Shown in pieces: positions 38,052-48,625 of a stretch of 64,000 bases of DNA. Positions within the stretch are counted from its first letter, which is position 1, and each line of letters starts with the position of its first letter. The stretch lies in assembly GCA_041691515.1 (NCBI GenBank), contig JBEPUM010000002.1:628-64627 (forward strand). Reading direction: 5' to 3'. Origin of the DNA: Pseudomonadota bacterium (GTDB taxonomy: Bacteria > Pseudomonadota > Alphaproteobacteria > Rhizobiales > Xanthobacteraceae). The notes below the pieces were generated by a model. The model had not been told where the DNA came from, searched no databases, and worked only from the letters and a program-made list of their open reading frames with translations. Position numbers and translations under genes: made by a program.

Positions 38052-38211
38052 TGAGGTGGACTTGACATTCGCTACCCACGAGCCGCGAATTCGTCATGCG
38101 AATGTCAAATCCAAAGCCCCACTAGAAACTTATAGTCGCTGGTGGTCCTGTGATTCTAATTCGCAAAAGCACCTGCTAAGCGGGATGCGAATGTTAGAAT
38201 CGGACCACTAG
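38048..38211. repeat. CTAG-bounded double-palindrome MITE-like element between convergent glnE and pleC
   Basis: CTAG at 38048, 38122 and 38208; ttgacattcgc/gcgaatgtcaa and gattctaattcgca/tgcgaatgttagaatc inverted repeats. Confidence 0.65.
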
Positions 38212-40535
38212 GCTGCAACGCTGGTTTTCGAAGTCTCCTGGTGGCAATGACGCGGAAGCGCGACCCGGACGACAGTCCCGGAGCCGAGACGTGAGCGAAG
38301 ACGCATCGATCCACCGTGCAAATTGGCAAGCGACTTGGCGATCGCGAGCCCAAGGCCCGAGCCTGCGTAGGTCTTGGTCAATTGGCTTTCGACCTGTTCA
38401 AAGGGCTTGCCCAGTTTACGAAGTGATTGCGGCGCGATGCCAATGCCGGTATCGGAGATCATCAAGACGATCGAATCCTTCAGCATCCGGCTCCGTACCA
38501 CCACACGTCCGCCGTCCGGTGTGAATTTCACCGCGTTGGACAGCAGATTGACCACAACCTGCTTGACTGCGCGGCGATCCGCGACGATGGAAATGTCGTC
38601 CTCGATCTCCGCATCGAGGACAAGATTCTTGTCGTTGGCGCGGCCCGAGACGACGCGGAGCGATTCCGCCAGCGTTTTGGCAAGGTCGAGCGGCTCCATG
38701 TCGAGTTTCATGCGGCCAGCCTCGATCTTGGACATATCCAGGATGTCGTTGATGACTTCGAGCAGATATTGACCGCTGGTCAGAATGTCGTGGCAGTACT
38801 CGCTGTATTTTTCCGAGCCGAGCGTTCCGAACATGCCGCTGCCCATGATCTCGGAGAATCCGATGATGGCATTGAGCGGCGTCCGCAACTCGTGACTCAT
38901 ATTGGCGAGGAATTTCGATTTCGCCTGATTGGCGTCCTCGGCGCGATCTTTTTCCTCCGCATATTTCTGCGCGAGGTCTGCGAGTTCGATCGCCTGCTTC
39001 TCGAGCGTCGTCTGCGACCGTTTCAAGTCGATGACGGTTGCCCGTAGCCGCAGGTCGTTCTCGACCAGCTTTTGCTCATGCTCTTTGATCCGGGTGATGT
39101 CGGTTCCAACCGACACGTAGCCGCCGTCCTTGGTGCGACGTTCACTGATGTGAAGCCAGTTGCCGTTGTCCAGCTGGGCTTCGAAGGTGCGCGCACCCGG
39201 CGCGACCGCGCTCGCTTCGGGTTGCCTCGTTCTGACCTCGGGCATGCGGCCGACTTCGATGACTGTCTCATAAGACGTGCCCGGAGTGACGGCGGTATCG
39301 GGTAGCTTGTGGAGACGCTGGAAATGCGAATTGCACAGCACCAGCCGATCTTCTGCATCCCACAGCACGAAAGCCTCGGGGATAGTTTCGATCGCGTCCC
39401 GCAGGCGGAGGTCGGCTTCCACGGTTTTCTCCGCGAGGCTCTTTTGCTCGGTGATATCGACCGCAATTCCGATCAGATGCGCACCGCCATCGCTGGCGCC
39501 CTGGCTGACTTCACAACGCACGCGCAGCCAGATCCAGTGCCCATTGCTGTGCTGCATCCGAAAACTCTGATCGATATGATCGAGCTTTGATGAAATCAGC
39601 TGGTCCGCTATTGCGAACAGGTCGATATCATCGGAATTGACGAGAGCATTGACCTCGCCAAATGTAAGAAGGTCGCTGCGGCTTTCCAGGCCGAGCATGG
39701 TGAACATCGATTGCGACCAAAAGATTCGCCCCCGCGACAAATCCCAGTCCCAGAGGCCGCATCGACCACGGTTGAGCGCGGTATCAATCCGGCCGCGAAC
39801 AGCGTCGTTGATGAGATCGCCTTCGCGTGCGCGGGTGGATTGCCAGTGAAATGCAAAGCCCAGAATCAGCACCACAAAGCCGGTCGTGGCGGACAGGGTG
39901 ATCGACAGCGCCGTGTCCGAGCGCCACAGGGAATCGGTCTTTTCCTGAATGACAATGACCTGGCCGGGCAGTGATTTGACGATGCGCTGGGTTGCGAATG
40001 CGCCGCCGCCGTCCGGCAAGGTGATGTCGGTTACGCCCGCCGGCGGCGTGCCGCGCATGCTCAGCGGCTGCGCTGCGCTCAGTACTTCCATGATCCGGTT
40101 TGTCTCGCCGGGCGTCACCTCGATCGGCACGCGCGCGAGAATGCGCTGATCGGCGCCGGTGACGATGACGTGGCGGCCGGCGGCAATGCCCCACGACGGA
40201 ATCAAGCCGGGCAAAAGATTCTGCAGACGTTCGACGGATGCAGGGCGGTCTTGGCGGATCACGCCGACATGTTCAAGGCGTTCGGCCAGCAGATCGGCGA
40301 GCGCCAGCAGATCGTGCTTCGTCGCCGTCTGCTTCTGCCGGGTCTGATCGATGACCTGCACAAGAGCGCCGAAGCATATCGTAATCAGGAAAGCGATGAT
40401 CAGGGTTGGAACGGCGCGGCGAAGCGCGGGCTCGGCTATCAGCAGCCGGTGGTAGGCAGGTTTTGCGATCGATTGCGCCAATCCCTTGATCGAATCGGAT
40501 TGAACGCAAGCGCTCGCCGCGTGAGCGCGCGCCAT
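38208..40535 (-). CDS. pleC: PleC-like PAS sensor histidine kinase (cell cycle)
   Basis: 2 TM, two PAS domains, FLANMSHELRTPLNAIIGFSE H-box of PleC/DivJ type. Confidence 0.8.
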   Translation of the reverse strand: MARAHAASACVQSDSIKGLAQSIAKPAYHRLLIAEPALRRAVPTLIIAFLITICFGALVQVIDQTRQKQTATKHDLLALADLLAERLEHVGVIRQDRPASVERLQNLLPGLIPSWGIAAGRHVIVTGADQRILARVPIEVTPGETNRIMEVLSAAQPLSMRGTPPAGVTDITLPDGGGAFATQRIVKSLPGQVIVIQEKTDSLWRSDTALSITLSATTGFVVLILGFAFHWQSTRAREGDLINDAVRGRIDTALNRGRCGLWDWDLSRGRIFWSQSMFTMLGLESRSDLLTFGEVNALVNSDDIDLFAIADQLISSKLDHIDQSFRMQHSNGHWIWLRVRCEVSQGASDGGAHLIGIAVDITEQKSLAEKTVEADLRLRDAIETIPEAFVLWDAEDRLVLCNSHFQRLHKLPDTAVTPGTSYETVIEVGRMPEVRTRQPEASAVAPGARTFEAQLDNGNWLHISERRTKDGGYVSVGTDITRIKEHEQKLVENDLRLRATVIDLKRSQTTLEKQAIELADLAQKYAEEKDRAEDANQAKSKFLANMSHELRTPLNAIIGFSEIMGSGMFGTLGSEKYSEYCHDILTSGQYLLEVINDILDMSKIEAGRMKLDMEPLDLAKTLAESLRVVSGRANDKNLVLDAEIEDDISIVADRRAVKQVVVNLLSNAVKFTPDGGRVVVRSRMLKDSIVLMISDTGIGIAPQSLRKLGKPFEQVESQLTKTYAGSGLGLAIAKSLANLHGGSMRLRSRLGSGTVVRVALPRHCHQETSKTSVAA

Positions 40536-40579
40536 GCCTTAAGCCCCCTTGGAAAATTTTCTGCATACCCGATCGGAAG

Positions 40580-40796
40580 GACTCCCCGGTCTCTCCGAAT
40601 CACAGCGATTTGAATCCACTTTTCTCGGGCTGTCGAGAGTCAACGATTCGTTAATGCAAAATAAATCTTGTCCAAAAGAGAATCAGGGCCTTCGCAGGTC
40701 TCGCGGGTGAGTCCGAAACAAGAACGTCGGCTCGCGTGGTTGTTCAGAGGTTCGCTTCACTGTCCCATCGAGTCCCGTCAAGCGAACTTCTGAATC
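40580..40796. promoter_or_regulatory. Cluster of nine GANTC (CcrM) sites plus a near-consensus CtrA box upstream of pleC
   Basis: GANTC at 40580, 40597, 40612, 40637, 40645, 40680, 40709, 40770, 40792; minus strand TTTA-N7-TTAAC at 40650-40665. Confidence 0.5.
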
Positions 40797-40817
40797 GGGA
40801 CACCGGGACGATCTCCG

Positions 40818-42200
40818 TCAGCTCCCGTACGGCGGTTCGGCGTGGCTGATGACGCGCTTGACGGTCGGGAAGGCACGGCGCAAGGCGCGCTCGATCTCGT
40901 CTACGCTCTCGTGCACCCTGGCGACGCTCATCGACGGCGTAGCGCGGCAGTGAAAGTTGACGATTTCGCCGGCGTTGGTGTCCCTGACGCGCACGTTATG
41001 AATATCATGGATCGGCCCGGCGGCCGCGAAACCCGACAAGGCCGTCTGGATGGCGTCAATCCGCGCGGCGGCCGCATCGGTGCCCAGCGGAAGCTCCGGC
41101 TCCAGGGGTTCGATGTGGGTGTCTACCTCGACATCGGCACCGAATTCGTCGCGGATATCCTGTTCCAGCCGATGCGCAATCTCGTGGGCATCCACCAGCG
41201 CCATGTCGCCATCCACTTCGAGGTCGATGCTGACGATCAGCTTTCCCCCGAGGTCGTGGACGGTGACGTGATGGATCGCGAGACCCGAATTGCGGGCGAT
41301 CACCATGATGCGCTCCCGAACACTTTCGTTGTCGCGCGCAACCGGTATCGCGGTGAACGTCAAGTCCGCATCGCCGAGAGCTGCCGACACGGCTTCCTGT
41401 GCTTGCTGCTTGATGGCGTCGATGCGATCGATCGGATAGGTTCGCGGAACTTCCGCCGTGACATCGACAAAGTGCCGGGGGCCGACCATGCGCACCCGCA
41501 GACGCTCGATATCGACAACGCCCGGCAGCGCCTTGATCGCGGCACTGGCTTTTTCCGCTGCGCCTTCCGGCGCGCGATCCAGCAAGGTTTCGATCGTGGC
41601 GCGTCCGAGCCGCAGGCCCAGGATGGAGATCAGGACCGCCACGCCGATTGCGGCGGCGGCATCGCCCCACGCATAACCCAATCCCGACAGCGTCAGTCCG
41701 ATGATGACAGCGATGGATCCGAGGACGTCGGAGGCGAAATGAAGGGCATCGGCCGCAAGCGCCTGACTGCGGGTGTCGACCGCGGCCCGGTGCAGCGCAC
41801 GGGCGCGCCAGAAATTGACGCCGATGTCGATCAGTAACACGACGAATGGAATCGCCGAGAGCGTGGGCGGAGGCAGGCCTTCGCGCAGGTGACTATAGGC
41901 CTGCACCACGATGCCGCCGGCCAGGACGTACAGCAGCGCAATGACGCCAAGGGCCGAAAGGCTTTCAATCTTGCCATGACCGTAATGGTGCTCGTCGTCA
42001 GCGGGACGGTCGGAAATCCGCACCACGATCCAGGTGACAACCGTCGCGACAAGATCGACCGAGCTGTGCAGCGCCTCGGAAATCAGCGCGAGACTTCCGA
42101 TCGCGATGCCCACAACGAATTTGATCGCCGCCATGCTGGCGCTGGCGATCATCGAGACGGCGGCGACTCTCGTTTTCGAGCTGGAAACGGGGCGGGACAT
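40818..42200 (-). CDS. Cation diffusion facilitator (CDF) transporter with extended C-terminal domains
   Basis: SEALHSSVD, HHYGHGKIE, ADALHFASD. Confidence 0.92.
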   Translation of the reverse strand: MSRPVSSSKTRVAAVSMIASASMAAIKFVVGIAIGSLALISEALHSSVDLVATVVTWIVVRISDRPADDEHHYGHGKIESLSALGVIALLYVLAGGIVVQAYSHLREGLPPPTLSAIPFVVLLIDIGVNFWRARALHRAAVDTRSQALAADALHFASDVLGSIAVIIGLTLSGLGYAWGDAAAAIGVAVLISILGLRLGRATIETLLDRAPEGAAEKASAAIKALPGVVDIERLRVRMVGPRHFVDVTAEVPRTYPIDRIDAIKQQAQEAVSAALGDADLTFTAIPVARDNESVRERIMVIARNSGLAIHHVTVHDLGGKLIVSIDLEVDGDMALVDAHEIAHRLEQDIRDEFGADVEVDTHIEPLEPELPLGTDAAAARIDAIQTALSGFAAAGPIHDIHNVRVRDTNAGEIVNFHCRATPSMSVARVHESVDEIERALRRAFPTVKRVISHAEPPYGS

Positions 42201-42312
42201 CCGCGGGGTTTAGCAGTCCACCGCTCAACATAAAAGCCGCGCTCGTTTCGCAACCGCCATTCATTCGCAACTCGGTATTGCGAATTGTTCCGATTTGAAG
42301 GACGGCCTAAAT

Positions 42313-43290
42313 CTAGAGCGTCACGACAATCTTGCCGAGATGCTTGTTAGCTTCCATGTGATCGAACGCCTTGGCGATGTCGTCGAATGGGAGCACCTTG
42401 TCGATCGGCAGTTTCAGTTGGCGCGATTCGACCGCTGGCCAGATGTCGTTGCGGACTGCGGTGAAGATGTCGCGGATTTCTTCGATAGAGCGAGTACGGA
42501 AGGTGACGCCGATATAGTTGATGCGGCGAGCGGCATGCAGATCGAAGTTGAAATCGCCGTGGCTGCCGCCGAGCCTACCGACGTTGACGATGCGGCCCTT
42601 GACCTTGGTCGCCGCAAGATTCTGGTTGGCAACCTTTCCCGAGACCTGATCGACGATCAAATCGACGCCTTCGCCGCCGGTTGCTTTCAGGACCTGATCG
42701 ACCCAGGCGGGATCGCTGGAGTCGACGGCAAGGTCCGCGCCGAATTCCTTGAGACGTTCGCGCCGCATCGCATCGGTCGACGAGCCGATGACGGTTTTGG
42801 CACCTTTAAGTTTCGCGATCTGCATCGCCATCAGCCCGACGCCGGAACTCGCGCCCTGGATCAGGACCGATTGACCGGCTTGTAATGCGCCGTTGGTGAC
42901 GACGGCATTGTGCATGGTCGCGAGTGCGACGGGCAGGGTTGCCGCGTCCTCAAAACTCATGTTGGCATTCGACGGGATGTGAAACAGCCGGCCATGGTCG
43001 GCGAGGGTATATTCAGCGAAAGCCGCCGCGCCGGATCCCATCACGCGATCGCCGACAGCGACGCCCTTGGCCTCCGGGCCGACCTCGGCGATCTCGCCGG
43101 CCCATTCCATGCCGAGCACGGTGCCAACGCCACCTGCAGCGCCATGCACGTGCCCCTTGGTCATGCCGAGGTCCGCACGATTGAGTCCGCAGGCGCGAAC
43201 CCGCACCAGAACCTGCGCGCCCTTTGGCGATGGTTTTGCTACATCTGCGATTTCGGCGCCGCTGGGGCCATAGACATAAGCCTTCATCAA
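42313..43290 (-). CDS. NADPH:quinone oxidoreductase (MDR family)
   Basis: GLNRAD, LGMEWAG, GASSGVG, GKIVV. Confidence 0.9.
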   Translation of the reverse strand: MMKAYVYGPSGAEIADVAKPSPKGAQVLVRVRACGLNRADLGMTKGHVHGAAGGVGTVLGMEWAGEIAEVGPEAKGVAVGDRVMGSGAAAFAEYTLADHGRLFHIPSNANMSFEDAATLPVALATMHNAVVTNGALQAGQSVLIQGASSGVGLMAMQIAKLKGAKTVIGSSTDAMRRERLKEFGADLAVDSSDPAWVDQVLKATGGEGVDLIVDQVSGKVANQNLAATKVKGRIVNVGRLGGSHGDFNFDLHAARRINYIGVTFRTRSIEEIRDIFTAVRNDIWPAVESRQLKLPIDKVLPFDDIAKAFDHMEANKHLGKIVVTL

Positions 43291-43321
43291 ACTTTTCCTT
43301 GTGACTGATTGGCGCGATTGC

Positions 43322-44410
<1,089 letters not shown>

Positions 44411-44511
44411 TCAGCCGAAGACTGCGTCCTCGGCAGCGGATCATGCGAAATCACTACAGGACATTTGCTCCGCCAGAGCGGAACATCAGCGAGCAATGCC
44501 GGCGACGAGGG

Positions 44512-44946
44512 TCAGGCGGCGTGCATGGGTTCGGAGACGCTCACACCGCTTTCGTCAAACGCCCGGCTGATGTCCCGGATGCTGACCACGCCGATCAGGG
44601 TGTGATCGTCGATGACGGGCACGTGCCGGATATGGTGCGTGTTCATCAAGTGGCGGACATGTTCGAGGGTGTCGGTGGATGCGCAGGAAATCAACTGCTG
44701 CACCGAAATCAGACTCGACACCTTGATGTTGACGCCGGCAGCCCCGTGCTCGGCAATGGCCCGAACGACGTCGCGCTCGGTGAACATTCCGACCGCGGTG
44801 TTCCCCTCGGTCCGCACGACATCTTTCACCACGAGAGCACTGATATTGCCCGCGCGCATCAACTGGGCAGCGATCGCAACGGTCTCGTTCATTCGAACGG
44901 TGGCGATACGGGTGGTTTTCTTACGCAGGATGTCTCCGACTTTCAT
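44512..44946 (-). CDS. CBS domain pair protein
   Basis: MKVGDIL start; GMFTERD, HIRHVPV, GVVSIRD. Confidence 0.9.
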   Translation of the reverse strand: MKVGDILRKKTTRIATVRMNETVAIAAQLMRAGNISALVVKDVVRTEGNTAVGMFTERDVVRAIAEHGAAGVNIKVSSLISVQQLISCASTDTLEHVRHLMNTHHIRHVPVIDDHTLIGVVSIRDISRAFDESGVSVSEPMHAA

Positions 44947-44996
44947 CGCAACCTCCGCTATCAGGGTTTGATCGATATCTCGAACGCTCGGGGATA

Positions 44997-45015
44997 TTGG
45001 TATACAATATACCAA
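44997..45015. promoter_or_regulatory. GntR/FadR-type operator (oxalate regulon box)
   Basis: Perfect inverted repeat TTGGTATA-CAA-TATACCAA upstream of the CBS gene. Confidence 0.7.
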
Positions 45016-45115
45016 TTGTCAACGCGTAATTCTGAAGACTATCGAACAAAACTGATCCAATGGAGCATGAGTACTGACGTTGATTGGCGACGGCCGGCCA
45101 GACGGAAGACAAAGT

Positions 45116-45149
45116 AAAAAAGAAAGGGCGCACGTGAATGCGCCCTTTC
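45116..45149 (-). terminator. Intrinsic terminator after oxlT copy 1
   Basis: gaaagggcgca/tgcgccctttc stem with A-tract (U-tail on minus strand). Confidence 0.75.
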
Positions 45150-45173
45150 GATTCGCGAAGCGCGAGCTATGGA

Positions 45174-46472
45174 CTACTCTGCGGGTTGGCCTATAGCGCC
45201 CTTGTTTTCGGAAGCGCTGATCGAAAGCCGCATCGGCCGCACCACGAATAGCGCCATCAACACCACGACGAAATTCATGATCGCCGCGACCACGAAAACC
45301 ATGTGCCAGCTACCCGTGTGTGTCTTCAGAATATTCGCGATCGGTACCAGGAAAGCGGACAATCCCTTTGCGGTATAGAGAAGCGCCGTGTTGGTGGTCG
45401 CATATTTGGGACCGAACATGTCGGTGCAGGTCGAGGGGAACAGGCTGAAGATCTCACCCCAGGTGAAGAAGATCAGCGCTGCGCAGATCACGAAAGTCCA
45501 CGGGGTCGTGCCTGCCGTACTCAAGAGCCAAAAGGCACCGCCTCCCGCGGTAAACGCGATCGCCATCGTATACTCGCGGCCTATTTGATCGGACACCCAT
45601 CCAAAGAAGGGCCGCGCGCTGCCGTTCGCCAGGTTGTCGATGACGCCCGATACGATCAAGGTCGTTGCGCCGAATAGGATTACCGAACTGGCGACGCCGT
45701 AGTCCCTTGCAATCAGCGCGATCTGCGCCGTCACCATGAGTCCGCTGGCGGATACCATCACGAACATGATGTAGAGCAGCCAGAACACGGGCGAGCGGAG
45801 CATCTGTCCCGGCGTGCTGCTGGTCTTGGACTGCAGCACTTTGACGGCCGAACCGGACACGACTTCGCCAGCAACCGGCGGCCGCAGGAGCCAGGCAAGG
45901 GCGAAGATGATGATGCCCTGGCCGATCGCGAACCAGAAGAACGTCGATGCATACCCCGATGACGCGATCATCTTCTGAATTGGAATGACGGTTATGGCGG
46001 CGCCGGCGCCAAATCCCGCAGCCGTCAGGCCGACGGCGAGGCCGCGCCGATCTGGAAACCATTTAACCGCGTTACCGACGCATGTTGCATAGATCGCGCC
46101 AGCACCGACGCCGGACAGCGCCGCGCCGACGTAGAGCATCTCCAGCGAATTGGCGAACGAGTTGATGAGCCAGCCGAGCGAACCAAAAATCGCGCCGAAG
46201 GCGACCGCGTACTTCGGACCGCGTGGTCCAAGCGAGTCGACGATCCATCCCTCGATCGGCGTCAGCCACGTTTCAAGAGCGATGAAGATACTGAACGCCA
46301 CCTGGATCTTGGCAACTTCCCAGGAGTGGGCCTTGGCCATCGGGCCGACGAAATAGGTCCAGCCATATTGCAGGTTGGCGATCGTCGCCATGCAGATAAG
46401 ACCGATGATCAGCTGCATCCAGCGATAGTTGCTCGATGGAGCTGATGCGCTCGTTTGTGTTTGAGAAACCAT
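45174..46472 (-). CDS. oxlT: Oxalate/formate antiporter (MFS), copy 1
   Basis: ANLQYGWT, KWFPDRRG, RPFFGWVSD, WGEIFSLFP, LYTAKG; near oxc/frc. Confidence 0.9.
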   Translation of the reverse strand: MVSQTQTSASAPSSNYRWMQLIIGLICMATIANLQYGWTYFVGPMAKAHSWEVAKIQVAFSIFIALETWLTPIEGWIVDSLGPRGPKYAVAFGAIFGSLGWLINSFANSLEMLYVGAALSGVGAGAIYATCVGNAVKWFPDRRGLAVGLTAAGFGAGAAITVIPIQKMIASSGYASTFFWFAIGQGIIIFALAWLLRPPVAGEVVSGSAVKVLQSKTSSTPGQMLRSPVFWLLYIMFVMVSASGLMVTAQIALIARDYGVASSVILFGATTLIVSGVIDNLANGSARPFFGWVSDQIGREYTMAIAFTAGGGAFWLLSTAGTTPWTFVICAALIFFTWGEIFSLFPSTCTDMFGPKYATTNTALLYTAKGLSAFLVPIANILKTHTGSWHMVFVVAAIMNFVVVLMALFVVRPMRLSISASENKGAIGQPAE

Positions 46473-46546
46473 CTTTCCTCCTTGGCGCTTCTTCGTGTGG
46501 CTTATTGCCACGGACTTGTGACTTAACGTCGCGCTCCCAGAAAGAC

Positions 46547-46563
46547 TGGTATATTATATTCCA
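46547..46563. promoter_or_regulatory. Oxalate regulon box upstream of oxlT copy 1
   Basis: TGGTATA-TTA-TATTCCA. Confidence 0.6.
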
Positions 46564-46662
46564 ATTTGCAAGCTGCAATTCGACTGAGAATACCGCGCTG
46601 CGGTGCAGCAATCGTGAGCGCGATTTTGGTCGATTTTCATCGAGGCACGCGATCGTACACGC

Positions 46663-46696
46663 AAAGAAAATGCGCCCGTCGCAGGGCGACGGGCGC
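46663..46696 (-). terminator. Intrinsic terminator after oxlT copy 2
   Basis: gcgcccgtcgc/gcgacgggcgc stem with A-tract. Confidence 0.7.
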
Positions 46697-46720
46697 GGTT
46701 CTCAGGCAGGTGGATCAAAG

Positions 46721-48007
46721 TTACGAAGCGACCGCTTTCGCAACCACGGTTCGCCGCCAGGGCTTGAGCACGATAATGGCGAGCAGCGATGCAAGAATGT
46801 TTGCCGCTGCGGCAAGCAGGAATACCGTGTCCCAGCTTCCCGAAGACTGCTGCATGTAGTTACCGATCGGCACGAGAAGCGATGCCGTGCCTTTCGCCGT
46901 GTAGAGCAGGCCAGCATTCGTGGTTGCGAATTTAGAGCCGAACGTATCCGTGCAGGTGGACGGGAAGAGTGAGTAGATCTCGCCCCATGCAAAGAACACG
47001 AGACCGGACAGGATGACGAACATCACCGGGCTGTGGCCCCACAGGTACAACATGTAAATGCCGATACCCTCGAAACCGAATGCGAGGAACATGGTGTTCT
47101 CGCGTCCGATCTTGTCGGAGATCCAGCCGAAGAACGGTCGGGTCAAGCCATTAAGGACACGATCGATGGTGGCCGCGAATGTCACGGTCGTCATCGTTAT
47201 CCCCATGAGAGTGACGGGCAGGGCGTCGATCTTCCAGTCGGCTGCGATCGGCTTCAGGTTGGCGGTGACCAGCAATCCGCCGGCACCGACCAGCACGAAC
47301 ATCAGATACATCAGCCAGAAGATAGGATGCCGGATGACCTCGGAAGGTCCGTAGTTGCGGCGGCTCTGCATGATCGTCGCGGTCTGTAGCGCCTCGGGCA
47401 CCTGTCCGGCCTTCGGAGCGACTAGGAAAAATGCGAGAATCATAACGACGATTCCCTGGCCTAATCCGAAGTGAAGAAAGGTGCTCTGGAAACCGTCGCT
47501 CTTGATCATGGCCTGAATGGGCGCAACCGTCAGCGCCGACCCGGCGCCGAAACCAGCCGCCGTGATGCCGGCCGCGAGACCGCGTTTATCGGGAAACCAT
47601 TTGAGCGCGTTGCCAACGCAGGTGCCGTAAACGGCGCCGGCGCCGATTCCGGCGACGATCATCCCAAGATAAAATCCGCCCAGGCTCGTCGCATAAGCGT
47701 TGATGGCCCATCCGATGCCGCAGAGGAGGCCGCCGATCAGAACAACGAGGCGCGGGCCGTATTTATCGACGAACCAGCCTTCGATCGGGACGAGCCAGGT
47801 TTCGAACAGCACGAATAGCGTGAACGCCCACTGGATCGAGGCGCGATCCCATCCGAATTTTTTCTGGATGTCGGGGACAAAGAACGTCCAGCCATATTGA
47901 TAGTTGGCGATCATCACCATCGCGCCAACGCCGATGGCCAATTGCGTCCAGCGATAGCCGTCGCTGACCCGCGCGGCGGCCGCACCGCCATGCACTGTTT
48001 CTGTCAT
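46721..48007 (-). CDS. oxlT: Oxalate/formate antiporter (MFS), copy 2
   Basis: ANYQYGWT, KWFPDKRG, WGEIYSLFP, LYTAKG. Confidence 0.92.
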   Translation of the reverse strand: MTETVHGGAAAARVSDGYRWTQLAIGVGAMVMIANYQYGWTFFVPDIQKKFGWDRASIQWAFTLFVLFETWLVPIEGWFVDKYGPRLVVLIGGLLCGIGWAINAYATSLGGFYLGMIVAGIGAGAVYGTCVGNALKWFPDKRGLAAGITAAGFGAGSALTVAPIQAMIKSDGFQSTFLHFGLGQGIVVMILAFFLVAPKAGQVPEALQTATIMQSRRNYGPSEVIRHPIFWLMYLMFVLVGAGGLLVTANLKPIAADWKIDALPVTLMGITMTTVTFAATIDRVLNGLTRPFFGWISDKIGRENTMFLAFGFEGIGIYMLYLWGHSPVMFVILSGLVFFAWGEIYSLFPSTCTDTFGSKFATTNAGLLYTAKGTASLLVPIGNYMQQSSGSWDTVFLLAAAANILASLLAIIVLKPWRRTVVAKAVAS

Positions 48008-48060
48008 CGTTTCTCCCCGAGGTACGCTTCTAATTCACGCGAGCGTTACCAGTGGGATTT

Positions 48061-48077
48061 TGGTATGCGATATGCCA
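48061..48077. promoter_or_regulatory. Oxalate regulon box upstream of oxlT copy 2
   Basis: TGGTATG-CGA-TATGCCA. Confidence 0.65.
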
Positions 48078-48162
48078 CCTTTCAAGCGTTTCAGGTCTTA
48101 AAACGCTGCCCGCGCGCAAATGCCGCAGATTGGAACATGCCTTGAATCTTTCTTGGCCGCGC

Positions 48163-48240
48163 AAAAAGAAAAAGCCCCGGCAGAGCCGGGGCCAAGTCTG
48201 GGAGGAAGTGCGAAACTACGTCAGGCTGGAATAGCAAACG
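48163..48240 (-). ncRNA. suhB/MmgR (alpha-r8)-like small RNA; 5' end uncertain
   Basis: Minus strand reads CACTTCCTCCCAGACTTG then hairpin GCCCCGG-CTCTG-CCGGGGC and a U-tract, like the UUCCUCCC plus terminator architecture of this family. Confidence 0.5.
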
Positions 48241-48280
48241 CCTGTCGGCCAGTGTCCGAAAAACACCGACGTCTCAAAGT

Positions 48281-48418
48281 TCACAGACCGAAATACGGAA
48301 CGTCGCCGTTGCGTACGGAGACTTCGTGCCACGCCAGCAACAGCCGGTCGACTGAAGCCATAAAGCGGGCGAAGATTGAGGGGGTCGGGTTGAAGGCGGC
48401 GGAGGTGGTGTCGGACAT
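48281..48418 (-). CDS. 45-aa small protein missed by the ORF track
   Basis: AAAGGGA RBS; MSDTTSAAFNPTPSIFARFMASVDRLLLAWHEVSVRNGDVPYFGL*; upstream operator-like box. Confidence 0.65.
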   Translation of the reverse strand: MSDTTSAAFNPTPSIFARFMASVDRLLLAWHEVSVRNGDVPYFGL

Positions 48419-48474
48419 TTGGGTCCCTTTCGGATGGCAACACGCTGTGCTGCGTTCTGATCTGGAACCAATTT

Positions 48475-48491
48475 ATGTATACCAGATGCCA
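48475..48491. promoter_or_regulatory. Degenerate oxalate regulon box upstream of the 45-aa ORF
   Basis: Minus strand TGGCATC-TGG-TATACAT. Confidence 0.4.
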
Positions 48492-48574
48492 CAGACAATC
48501 GCTTTGTTTGCATAGCAGCATAATACATTTCGCAATGCACAAAATCAGCATTGCTCCGGTGACCCAATAAGGCA

Positions 48575-48600
48575 AAGGCCGCCGGGTTACCGGCGGCCTT
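48575..48600 (-). terminator. Hairpin terminator after frc
   Basis: aaggccgccgg-gtta-ccggcggcctt. Confidence 0.7.
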
Positions 48601-48625
48601 CAAACGAAAATAGAAAAACCTTTGG

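Noticed and set aside
48216-48603. Track ORFs of 109-131 aa between frc and oxlT
   Set aside because: They cross terminators and operator and lack an RBS; the 45-aa ORF in another frame has an RBS and plausible composition.
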